Shown here piece after piece: positions 19,456 through 29,300 of a stretch of DNA of 64,000 nt (position 1 is the first letter of the stretch; every line of letters begins with the position of its first letter). The notes under the pieces were generated by a model. That model was not told the origin of the DNA, searched no databases, and was given only the letters and a program-made list of their open reading frames with translations. Position numbers and translations under genes: made by a program. Location: positions 124,001 to 188,000 of IMG/VR virus record IMGVR_UViG_3300029908_000004; one strand, given 5' to 3'.

Positions 19456-21525
19456 ATGTCTAGTTATCCAAATCTACCTGGAATTCAGGTCTACACGATC
19501 GATCGTGGCCTTGCTTCACGCACGGTTCCCAAAGATAAGTCAGTATTGATTTGTGGTACTGCCGGTCAAGGTCCTCAAAACGACCCGTTCCAGGTAACCG
19601 ATCGTGCCGCAGCAGCAAGCACCTTCGGTCTTAACGGCTCACTTATCAAGGCAATGGAAGAAGTTGCTGCTAATTGTGACAACGTCATCCTATATCGTAT
19701 AGGAACAGGACCAACATACCTAAATGGTGTTGGAGCAGCACAAATCGGACCAATCACAGCTGTCAGTCAGTCAGTTGGTGGCACTTGTGTGTATACTGGA
19801 ACATTTACTGGCGCAGCAACAAACGCATTGTCTGGTGGGTCGATTACTGTATCTGGGATGACTCCTTCAGCACTTAATGGAACGTTCACCTGCACTGCTT
19901 CATCAGCTGTAGCACTAACACTATCTAATGCAGCCGTTACAACTGCAGCCTCAGGTCTTACTGGAATGGCCACTTATTCAGGATTCAATATTGAATGTGG
20001 TTCAACGAATACAGATAATTCTACTGATTATCAAATCTGGTATAAAGCTGGGATTCTGTATGTGTGGTTTTACGGAGACCTAGTATTTTCAAATGATGCT
20101 GCTAATGGCTACTCAATAAATACTGGTGACATAACAATCACTGGCAATATCCTAAATTTGGGTCTAGAACTCGGAACTGGCACTAGCGCCCAAGCAGTAA
20201 CCACAGCACAAGCCCTAACATTAACGCAAGCTGGGGCACTTACTGGTTCAACTGCTGCACCAGCACCAGTTTTTGTACTTGGTGCTGATGGTACATCCCT
20301 TACACTACGTCAGACATATGTTGCTCTGGCACAGGCTTTGGATTTACTAATGGATTTCTCAGTAGATTCTGTCTATTGCCCAGATGCTTTTGTTGATGCC
20401 CCAAACGTTGCTTATAGAATGACTGCTGCTGGTAACACTAGCGTTCTAGATTGGTTGAAGACAACGTCTTCTTCAACTGGTGTTAAGACATATCAGTGGG
20501 CGAGCGAATCAGTTGATAGTAACGGAACTGTCGCTACACCTATGGCAGGTAGCATAACTACTGCAGCTGCTCGTGTAGCTGCTGGTTGGCATGAAGTTCA
20601 TTTTGAGTACTTACTAGCTAACTTCTGTTATGTCCAAGAAACAATTGGTCAGTCTGGAACTTGTATTGGCTTTATTGGTACTACAGGACCAAATAGCTTC
20701 TCACTTATAGACACCCGTAATTGGATAGGCTATCTACCTCAGTATAGCCCAGTTGTTACGAATGAAGTTATCACAGCAGGTAATGGTATATTAGGTATAC
20801 CTACCATAGTTGGAACTGTTCCGTCTAATCTAAGTGTTCTTTGTACGGATAGTTCTATTGGGCGTGCTGGTGGATTATTCGCAACCACTGTTGGTGAGTA
20901 TGACGGCATAGTTGTTCAGGATGCTAATGGTAATAATGTTGACATCGGTGCTTATATCCACGTATTCGCAGATCAAGGTGTAATTAGCAATGGATACGCT
21001 ACAAACTACTGTACTAATCTAGCGGGTTATGTGGCAGGTATCGCTTCAGCATTAGATGAGAAATCAAACCTGACTAACAAACCGGTGAACGCAGTTCAGC
21101 TATGGAAAGCTTCCTTCGCACAGATGGATTCTCTAACTTGGGCTGGTGTTAACGTATTAAGGTTCAAGGGAAATGGAATTCTGCCAGTAATGCTTCATGG
21201 CTTTACTATTGCTACGGATCTTAGCGATTATCATAACCTGCTTCGCCAGCGTATTAAGGGCTTGGTTGTTGATACAATTCGTGTTACAGCCGATCCTTAT
21301 ATCGGTGAGTCTTCAACAGATGGTCTACAGTTGACAGCAATGCAAACAGCATTGGATTCAGCATTGACAAACCTACAGAAGCGCGGATATATCAGTCGTT
21401 ATAGCTTTGTGGTAAGTGTAACACAAGCAGAACAACGTATTGGACACGCCAATATCTACGTCAACTTCTACCCAGCAGACGAGCTGGTTCAGCTAACAGC
21501 AACTGTTGGTATTAGCCGTTCCTAA
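19456..21525 (+). CDS. Contractile tail sheath protein
   Basis: N-terminal YPNLPGIQVYTIDRGL...SVLICGTA..GP and C-terminal sheath domain LLRQRIKGLVVDTIR...YIGE...IYVNFYPADELVQL. Confidence 0.88.
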   Translation: MSSYPNLPGIQVYTIDRGLASRTVPKDKSVLICGTAGQGPQNDPFQVTDRAAAASTFGLNGSLIKAMEEVAANCDNVILYRIGTGPTYLNGVGAAQIGPITAVSQSVGGTCVYTGTFTGAATNALSGGSITVSGMTPSALNGTFTCTASSAVALTLSNAAVTTAASGLTGMATYSGFNIECGSTNTDNSTDYQIWYKAGILYVWFYGDLVFSNDAANGYSINTGDITITGNILNLGLELGTGTSAQAVTTAQALTLTQAGALTGSTAAPAPVFVLGADGTSLTLRQTYVALAQALDLLMDFSVDSVYCPDAFVDAPNVAYRMTAAGNTSVLDWLKTTSSSTGVKTYQWASESVDSNGTVATPMAGSITTAAARVAAGWHEVHFEYLLANFCYVQETIGQSGTCIGFIGTTGPNSFSLIDTRNWIGYLPQYSPVVTNEVITAGNGILGIPTIVGTVPSNLSVLCTDSSIGRAGGLFATTVGEYDGIVVQDANGNNVDIGAYIHVFADQGVISNGYATNYCTNLAGYVAGIASALDEKSNLTNKPVNAVQLWKASFAQMDSLTWAGVNVLRFKGNGILPVMLHGFTIATDLSDYHNLLRQRIKGLVVDTIRVTADPYIGESSTDGLQLTAMQTALDSALTNLQKRGYISRYSFVVSVTQAEQRIGHANIYVNFYPADELVQLTATVGISRS

Positions 21526-21538
21526 TCCTTCCAAATCA

Positions 21539-21569
21539 AGACTCTCTAGGATATTATCCTAGAGAGTCT
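21539..21569. repeat. Perfect 14-bp inverted repeat after the sheath gene
   Basis: AGACTCTCTAGGAT-ATT-ATCCTAGAGAGTCT, with no U-tract. Confidence 0.8.
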
Positions 21570-21583
21570 ATCGAGATATAAAT

Positions 21584-22057
21584 ATGGCTTTCGCAGATAG
21601 TGTTTATATGAATGCTAGCCGAGCTTTCGGTAAACTAAAAAGTACTATATCCTATGCCATGTCAGCCCCACTTGTCAAAGAGTCATTATCTTATGCTAAG
21701 ACTGTAACAGCGGGCGGGCGGTCTGGTATAACTGGCACTTCCCTTAAATCTGTCGGAATGTACGCTGCTGGTGGTGCCGCTGCTGGTGTAGCGCAAGATT
21801 ATGCTTTTAATAATGGTAACGACTGGGCTGCTGCTGGTTTAAAAGGCGCAGCACTTGGTGGTCTAGGCAGGTATGCTTATGGAGCTGGGAGAGGTGCTTG
21901 GAACCAAGGTAGATCTGGAGCAGGTGGGATGAGAAATTCTTGGGGTGCTGGATTTGAACGTATGGGGGCAGCAGCAAAATATAACGCTGGTATCGCAGAT
22001 ACAATGGTACCTAGCTCATTTAGACGACCTCTATTTAAGAATTTAGTTGGTCTTTAA
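21584..22057 (+). CDS. Gly/Ala-rich hydrophobic small protein (possible membrane protein)
   Basis: VGMYAAGGAAAGVA...WAAAGLKGAALGGLG glycine-zipper-like helices; basic C-terminus. Confidence 0.55.
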   Translation: MAFADSVYMNASRAFGKLKSTISYAMSAPLVKESLSYAKTVTAGGRSGITGTSLKSVGMYAAGGAAAGVAQDYAFNNGNDWAAAGLKGAALGGLGRYAYGAGRGAWNQGRSGAGGMRNSWGAGFERMGAAAKYNAGIADTMVPSSFRRPLFKNLVGL

Positions 22058-22096
22058 TGAATTCCGTAGCGAGTCACAAATAATATAGGAGAAACA

Positions 22097-22807
22097 ATGT
22101 CAACAGCATCAACACTACCTGGTGGTCCATTAGAATCAGAAATATCCAGGTCTTATAATTCATTTTCTGGTTCTGATATTATGGCCTGTATCGGCACGTA
22201 TCAGTTCGCAGAACTCCAGGCGGTTTCTTATAGTGTGACTCGCGAAAAGGCTCCTATCTATACGATGGGATCCCCAGATCCAAGAGCATTCAGTCGCAAC
22301 AAGCGTGGTATCGCTGGAAGCTTGATCTGGGTTAATTTCGATCGTCACGCTTTGCTGAACGTTTTCTATCAAGCGAATGGAATGTTCGTTGCTAACTCTG
22401 AAGACATTCGTCCTCAGTATAGCACTGCGTCTACCAGCTTGTTGAATCAGACAGCTATCTTTAATCAAGCGTTAGTCCGTACGATTAACACCGGGGGAAT
22501 TGCTAATTCTGCTGCGTCTACAATCGATGCTTTGGATTCAGTTCCAATTACATCTGTATCAGCTTTAAAATCTCTAGCTTCGCCTTGGTATTCAGACCAA
22601 ATTCTGCCATTTGATATCACTCTAGTAGCTAACAATGAAATGGGTGCTGCTAGTGGAATGAGAATCTTCGGTGTAGAAATTCTTAATGAAGGTTCTGGTG
22701 TGTCTATCGACGACGCCGTAACCGAGATGCAAGCAACATTTGTAGCCCGCTTAGTTGAACCATGGGCTGCCGTTCAGACTCCGTTTGAAAACCTAGTTGG
22801 GGGCTAA
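22097..22807 (+). CDS. Tail tube protein
   Basis: SYNSFSGSDI...ELQAVSYSVTREKAPIYTMGSPDPRAFSRNKRGIAGSLI...EMQATFVAR; follows the sheath gene. Confidence 0.8.
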   Translation: MSTASTLPGGPLESEISRSYNSFSGSDIMACIGTYQFAELQAVSYSVTREKAPIYTMGSPDPRAFSRNKRGIAGSLIWVNFDRHALLNVFYQANGMFVANSEDIRPQYSTASTSLLNQTAIFNQALVRTINTGGIANSAASTIDALDSVPITSVSALKSLASPWYSDQILPFDITLVANNEMGAASGMRIFGVEILNEGSGVSIDDAVTEMQATFVARLVEPWAAVQTPFENLVGG

Positions 22808-22870
22808 CCCCTTTTCCGGGCCACCAATAGCCCGATAGGGCCGTTATCATGAAGATGACGGCCCAATAGG

Positions 22871-23920
22871 ATGCCTATGCCCGATGCATTTTCCTCTTAT
22901 ACCTCTTACACTTCTTGGTCAACCAGCGGTTATTCTGTTGGTAATCAAACAAGTATTAGTAATCTACAGTATTCTTCAGTACTGTCTGGCGGCGCTTCGC
23001 CTGTTATAAGCCAGACTGCCCCTTCTAATATAACCCCACAAATTACACAAGGAAACTACTATACCAACCCTGTGGTACAAGCTCTTCGTCTTAATAGCGG
23101 TGGACCAACTTGTAGTGTGAATGATATAGACGGAAACGTGGTAGTTCCTTCCACTTATGGTTATATAAATATGGGATCTGGCACCCAAATGACCTTTGAC
23201 CCCACTACTAAGGCAGGTCAGATAAACCCAGCGGTATCCCCATTAAAATCAAACTCTCCAAATCCTTATAGCGGGGTTGTCTCTTATACAGGTTCTGATG
23301 TTAAGATAATGATAGGAATTAGTAATCTAGCATTCCAGCAACAAGGGAGCGCCGCACCTAAATACGCGAAGCAGTTGATAGAGTGTACCACCTTATCTAT
23401 TTCTATACATAGAGAAAAAGCTCCAGTAAGAGCACTAGGATATATAAATCCTAAAGGGTTTACTCGTGGTACTAGGACTATAGCTGGGACGATGGTAATG
23501 ACACAATTTACTGTAGAAGTCCTAATGAAGTTCTTACAGTCAGGCGCATACAATGGTAATGACCTTTCAAAAGATAGTACCTACCTAAAAGTAGATCAGT
23601 TACCCCCATTTGATATGTCTATTTTCTTTAGTAATGAACAAGGTTACGCTTCTTCAAGAAGTTTATTAGGTGTTCAATTTGTAACGGATGGTGTGGTATA
23701 CTCTATACAGGATATGTTATCTGAACAAACCGTATCGTTTATGTGTGAGGATTTTACACCCCTGCTGCCTGTGAATATGAGCAGTGTATTTAATATGCCA
23801 AAGCATGGCAATCCAAACACTTCTTCACAACCAACACCTATGGGTAAGGTACAAAAGTATGGAAATGTTAATGGCAACCCTTCACAAGTTATCCCTATTA
23901 ATAGCACCCCGGTAATGTAA
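22871..23920 (+). CDS. Tail tube paralogue 2 with an S/T/P-rich N-terminal extension
   Basis: SYTGSDVK...TTLSISIHREKAPVRALGYINPKGFTRGTRTIAGTMV...QLPPFDMSI aligns to the 22097 tube motifs. Confidence 0.75.
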   Translation: MPMPDAFSSYTSYTSWSTSGYSVGNQTSISNLQYSSVLSGGASPVISQTAPSNITPQITQGNYYTNPVVQALRLNSGGPTCSVNDIDGNVVVPSTYGYINMGSGTQMTFDPTTKAGQINPAVSPLKSNSPNPYSGVVSYTGSDVKIMIGISNLAFQQQGSAAPKYAKQLIECTTLSISIHREKAPVRALGYINPKGFTRGTRTIAGTMVMTQFTVEVLMKFLQSGAYNGNDLSKDSTYLKVDQLPPFDMSIFFSNEQGYASSRSLLGVQFVTDGVVYSIQDMLSEQTVSFMCEDFTPLLPVNMSSVFNMPKHGNPNTSSQPTPMGKVQKYGNVNGNPSQVIPINSTPVM

Positions 23921-23922
23921 TA

Positions 23923-25242
23923 ATGCCCACTTATACAGTTCCAGTAACGGTTAATGATAATAATGGTAACCCTATCAATGGGGCTACTGTCTTTGTAGAT
24001 GGTGTAACGGGTGGCACTACCGATTCTTCAGGGACTACCACGATTACTATTTCTACGCTTGTTACTACCACAGCTAGTGGAGAACAGCAGCCAAGCGACA
24101 GCCATCAATTTACACTGTCTGCCACTAGTTTCCAGACTGAAATACAAGAATTAACTGTTAATACAGAAACACCAATTATTGCCAATCTAACTCCGTCAAC
24201 TCCTAGTGGTGGCTCTATATTAACTATTATATGTACACCAACAACTAACGGTGCTTCTGCCTCTGTTACTGTTACTATTGGGTCTTGGGTATCCTCTGGC
24301 ACAACAGACGCAACTGGTAGTATTTTTATAAGTTCTCCAATCGGGACAGCTACAATAGTTGTAACCCAATCTGGGTGTGTTACTAATACCTCTACAGTAA
24401 ATGTAGTCAGTCCCGCTACTTCTACTACCATTCAGATGGTATTGTCAAATGACCCGGGCTCTGAAACAGCAGTAGCTTCCAAACCAACAGCTAATGGTAG
24501 TGCACAACCAATTCCAGCGGTTTCTGCTGCCCCTAGCCCAATGTCTTATACAGATCCTAATTGGGTTGCTGCTGATAGTAGTGATGGGACGTATAGCACT
24601 GGCAACAACGCTAGGATATACATAGGTAATTTATTTATAGATGAAGTAAGTGTAGTTCACTTCTATATGCAAGATAATAAACTACCTATCTATGGTTATC
24701 ACAGTAGATTCTATGACGCTATTGGTCAGGGACGTTCATTAGTTCAAGGTGGGTTGTCTATTAACTTTGTTCATGAGGGCTATCTATATGTAGCCTTACA
24801 AGAGTATAATAACATAGTCTTTGCCACACCTACAGCTAATAGTCAACAAACAGCTCAATTACAAGCTATAAATCAAAGTATAGCTACATTACAGACACAA
24901 GCACAAGCTGCAGCTTCTGGTAGTGTTATAGTTCAAGAAACTATTAATCAACAATTGCAAACCCTTATACAGCAACAAACTAGTATGTTATCCAATCTTC
25001 CACCTTCAGCGGTGAGTCAGTTGCAAGCTACGGCTAGTTCACAATTAGTTGGGCATCAAGATATGTTTAATGCTGTATATAGTGATATAATGTTTGATAT
25101 AGTTATAAATATTACACATGGAAGTAGAACAATAACACGCAAGTTAGAAAAGTGTGTATTAACCGGTAATTCACAAACATACGACAATGGTGGAAATCCT
25201 ATAACTGATGATTATTCTTTCATTGCTCGTAAAGTTCGCTAA
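23923..25242 (+). CDS. Tail tube paralogue 3 with N-terminal Ig-like domains and a Gln-rich insertion
   Basis: N-terminal VTVNDNNGNPINGATVFVDG (carboxypeptidase-regulatory-like). The tube core is YSTGNNARIYIG...QDNKLPIYGYHSRFYDAIGQGRSLVQGGLSINF...YSFIARKV. Confidence 0.7.
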   Translation: MPTYTVPVTVNDNNGNPINGATVFVDGVTGGTTDSSGTTTITISTLVTTTASGEQQPSDSHQFTLSATSFQTEIQELTVNTETPIIANLTPSTPSGGSILTIICTPTTNGASASVTVTIGSWVSSGTTDATGSIFISSPIGTATIVVTQSGCVTNTSTVNVVSPATSTTIQMVLSNDPGSETAVASKPTANGSAQPIPAVSAAPSPMSYTDPNWVAADSSDGTYSTGNNARIYIGNLFIDEVSVVHFYMQDNKLPIYGYHSRFYDAIGQGRSLVQGGLSINFVHEGYLYVALQEYNNIVFATPTANSQQTAQLQAINQSIATLQTQAQAAASGSVIVQETINQQLQTLIQQQTSMLSNLPPSAVSQLQATASSQLVGHQDMFNAVYSDIMFDIVINITHGSRTITRKLEKCVLTGNSQTYDNGGNPITDDYSFIARKVR

Positions 25243-25292
25243 ATTATGGACGCAAAATATAGCGAGAGTAAATAAGATAAAGGAGATCTCCG

Positions 25293-25781
25293 ATGAGCGA
25301 CGTAGATGTAGTCGACAACATTGTTGAGGCTAACGAAGCCGCAACACAAAAGAAGTTTTCAGATCCTTACGAGTTCCTAGCAACTATTAATGGATCCCCA
25401 AGTAAGGTTCAAATCGAAACTTGGAAGACACAAACCCCTAATAACAGATTGAGAGTGTTTACCCCAGATGGTGGTAAGCGTGTATTCATTGTAAGGGCCG
25501 TTGGGGCAATGGAACTACAACGCATTCAAAGCTCAATCCCCACCAATCTAGGAGCAAACCTTTCACAAGAACAACAAGCAGCTAAGGTAGAATTTGAATT
25601 ACAGCTGTTAATCGCTGCTCATTGTATTTTATGGACTAATGCTGCGTCAGATGGAAAGATGACTGCTGAGATGTTACGTACTGGTTCTGCTGGCCTACCA
25701 AGTACACTATTCAATCTCATAAGTTGGTTGTCTGATTTTATGGATCCAACTGCTTTTGAAGTTTTGTCTGCTGAGTTGTAG
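25293..25781 (+). CDS. Putative tail assembly chaperone
   Basis: 162 aa with an AAGGAG RBS, between the tube genes and the tape-measure-position gene. Confidence 0.5.
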   Translation: MSDVDVVDNIVEANEAATQKKFSDPYEFLATINGSPSKVQIETWKTQTPNNRLRVFTPDGGKRVFIVRAVGAMELQRIQSSIPTNLGANLSQEQQAAKVEFELQLLIAAHCILWTNAASDGKMTAEMLRTGSAGLPSTLFNLISWLSDFMDPTAFEVLSAEL

Positions 25782-25833
25782 AAATTATACTTGACTTCGA
25801 TTCATTAGGGTCTATGAAATAAGGAATAAGGAT

Positions 25834-25855
25834 GGTGGGTGTCTCAACACCCACC
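25834..25855. repeat. 9-bp intergenic hairpin
   Basis: GGTGGGTGT-CTCA-ACACCCACC. Confidence 0.65.
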
Positions 25856-25867
25856 TAATTACATACA

Positions 25868-26389
25868 ATGATTATTTATCAAGCGACATGGCCTGACGGC
25901 TATACTGTCAAGTGGCGCAACCTAACTTGGGCAGAATATCGTAGAATAGAACCATCATACCTAGGAGCCTCTTCTAGGTTTTCTTATCCTATGGGGGCTT
26001 ATTTAGATGTATACAAACTAGTGATGCTAGATGGGCCACTCCCACAATTTGTGCCAGCGGGAATAGTAGCATACGTTGCTATACAACAGCTAAGTACTAA
26101 CCCATTCAATGGTACCTATGATGATATAAAAGGTCAATTATATTTATCTAGACAGAGATTAGAATCTAGTTATCTAGAAACAGCGAAGTGCTTGATAGCT
26201 GCAGCATTTAAATATAGATTCGAAGAAATGGAAGATTGGGATCCAATAACTTTCTTTGATATGTTAGCAAGAGCAGAGAAGGTATTGGGCCGGCTAGCAG
26301 AACCAAATAACCCTAATGAAGTTAAAGCCCCATCAATTCCAGAAGATGTTAAAAGAGAAGCATTACATAGAAATAGAAGGAAAAAGTAA
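25868..26389 (+). CDS. Putative tail assembly chaperone 2
   Basis: 173 aa; stop overlaps the ATG of the giant gene (TAATG). Confidence 0.5.
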   Translation: MIIYQATWPDGYTVKWRNLTWAEYRRIEPSYLGASSRFSYPMGAYLDVYKLVMLDGPLPQFVPAGIVAYVAIQQLSTNPFNGTYDDIKGQLYLSRQRLESSYLETAKCLIAAAFKYRFEEMEDWDPITFFDMLARAEKVLGRLAEPNNPNEVKAPSIPEDVKREALHRNRRKK

Positions 26390-29300
26390 TGGCAAAAGCA
26401 CGGAAGCCTAAGAAGAATATGTTTATCCTAGATATTGAAACCTCCCACACTAATTGGGAAGAGCTCAATCGTCTAGAAGGAAAGTTTTCTATCAGAGGGA
26501 TCTTCGAAGCTTCCAAAGAAGGTGCTTACGGCACTTCAGCTTTTTCTACTGCCTTTGTTAATAACCAAATCCTTCAGATGCATATTGAAGAATCTAAGGC
26601 ATATAGGAAATTTTCTGCTGATGGATCTAAGGTATATAAGAAAGGTTCTGGTTATACAAAACTATTCCTAGATAAGAATCATATCCTACCTTATAGAGAT
26701 ATCGTTAAGAATGTTGAATTTCCTATATTCTTAGACAAGTTTTCTAATGACATTGCAGCAGATGCTTTAAAGTACGCCACTCTTACAGAGGAGCAACAGC
26801 TAAGAAGACTCTTCCAAGCTGTGCAAGGAAAATCTATAAAAGCTGGTGGTCCTATTCAGCTTGCTGGATGGAATGTAAAATATGACATTGCTTCTCTTAA
26901 AGCCTCTGCAGCTAGATACTCCTCTCTAAATAAATATGTAGAATTCTTTGATAAAGCCTATGCTACTAATAAGATACAGTTTGTAAGCTTAGAAGACGAG
27001 TTGTTTAAACAAGTATGGACGCATGCTTCGCAGAATCCTGACTTAATGCGTCATCTTACAGATAAGGCTCGTGCCAGAACATTTGATCTTACATTAGAAC
27101 TTAAGAGTTCTGAAGATTTAAAGAACGTTCCGGGTTGGAAAGCTTCTAAGATAGCTAGAATGCTAGGTCTTGGAGAAGAACTTCATCGTGCAGCCGCAGA
27201 TGTAGCATTAGAGAGAATGATATACGAGGCTGTAATTACAAACGGTCTGACTCTAGAGCACATCAAAGCGATGTATGGTGCTTGGAGAACCGAAGCATCT
27301 TCTATAAAAGAAGTAACAGAAGTTATCGGTGACATAAGACCACTAAATGGGTTTGCTTTACTAGCAGGAGCCGCCGCTGCAATAGCAGCGGGCTTAGCAT
27401 TCAGTACCAGATCCTCTAGACAGACTACTATTGTTGGTTTATCAGATAATGGTAAAGCCAAGGATTCCAGACACAAACACACCTCGTTTGGTTCTGGATG
27501 GCACGGACTAGGAGAAGATAATAGTAGCTTAAATTATAAAGCTCTTGGCGCAGCTGGCTTTGCTGCAGCAGGGTATTCCTATTTCCGTAAGGTTATCGTT
27601 CCAGGAAAAGGACCTTTCTCTGTAGATAAACTACACAGCTTTGTAAGTACATTAGAAGATTACAGCCCATTTAAAATTGGTAGAACTTTTGGTATTAGTC
27701 AATACATAAGTTCTTATACTACTCCTAGTAAATTACACGTTGGTTATAGTGAATTAGTAGGACAGGGTGGTAAATATACTGAGTTAGGTGAACATTTTGA
27801 TCGCCTATTTACTGGTTCTAATGTAGATTTACGTTCCCAAAAAGGGTTGAATTTTATAAGGACTGATTATGGTCCTTATATGGAACTTGAGGGATACGGA
27901 GGAGACGTCCGTGCCCGTTTTACAAAGCGTGGAAGTCTATCTAGTTCTAGTTATAGATACAACAAACCTCTTGAAAATGTTCCTGTAACTTTCCTAAAAG
28001 AGAGTACTCCTTGGGAAACTATTACAAAGAACTTTGGTCGCCTTCGTCATTCACAAGAACCAACTGGTTATAAAGGTGCTATCAGTGTTGGCGAAGAAGT
28101 AGAAGGTGTCTTCCAACCATATCTAGTTAATATAAAGAGTAGAGGCAAATTATTTAATTTCGCCGAAACTGCTAATAGAACAGCTCTTAGTCAAGCCGAA
28201 CGTGTACAGAGATTATTATCTGATATAGGGTTAGGATTAAAAGAAGGTACGTGGAATAAAGCTTTTCACGTCCCTATAATAGGTGAGGGTGGTTTAGTTA
28301 ACCAGCTTCTTACTAAGAGATTCGCTCCAGCAGCTCTATTAGTTGGATTAGCCCTTCCTTACATAGATTATAAAACTGGCCATTCTTTAAGCGGTATAGC
28401 ATTAGATACGTTCCAGCGCTTTAGATTAGCCCATGCTTCCCTTACTGATCATTTTCTGCGTGGTGTAACAGATAAATATGAACAGATTGTACCCGGTCCA
28501 CAGTACGGTCCATTAGCCTTACCAGTATCTGGAGCCTTTGTTGGTGGGGTACTTCAATACTCTAATGTATTAAGAACTAGATACACAAAGGGAGAAAAAG
28601 CAGCAGAGTTACTTCGTTCAGGAAGTAAATTCTTCTCCGCCCCCGGACAAAAGTCAATCTTAGGTATCCTAAACCGTGAGAATAAGGGTGCTGTTGGTGT
28701 AGCTATTGGACTAGCGCTAATGCTTCCCTTCATTCCGGGGATGATTGGGTCTAGGAAAACAAAGGAAGAACTACAACGGACATACTCTGGTGAGGATCCA
28801 GTAGAAATAAAAGCTGGTCGCTGGTGGGATATGGGAACCACAGCGTTAGAAGGTGGTCGTGTAAAGGAGTATCGCCCACACTGGTCTGTTCTATGGCGCG
28901 CACAAGCAGAGAAGAAGGCTTTATATGGATCAGAGAAAGAGTACTGGAGACATAACCCGATACTTCATCCATTACGCTGGTTAAGAGATCCTTATTTCCT
29001 AGAAGAAAAGCATTATGAGGATAGGCCATACCCAGAGACTTCACCTGCGTTTACTAATGTTCCATTAGTAGGACCACTATTAGCTTCTACTATTGGTCAA
29101 ATTGTAAAACCAATCAGGAAGATGCATCCAGAGTGGGATACAACTGACTATACATTAGGGTCAACTCGTCTAGAACCGAGAGGTCCTAAAGCATTACCAG
29201 CAGCAGAACCAACATCAGAATTCTCTTTAGGTGACACAGCTCAAAGATCAATTAAAGCTGCTACTGAATTCGTTGGATTGCCGGGCTTTATCGGGCGTAG

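Noticed and set aside
21577-21584. T4-type late promoter TATAAATA
   Set aside because: I noticed only one intergenic copy, overlapping the start codon, which is expected by chance in AT-rich DNA.
25791-25818. Sigma70 promoter TTGACT-N16-TATGAA
   Set aside because: The -35 is good but the -10 is poor and the spacing suboptimal, so support is insufficient.
25293-26389. Programmed G/GT frameshift between the tail chaperones
   Set aside because: The ORFs are separated by a stop, an 86-nt gap and a hairpin, and I saw no slippery heptamer at the end of the first ORF.
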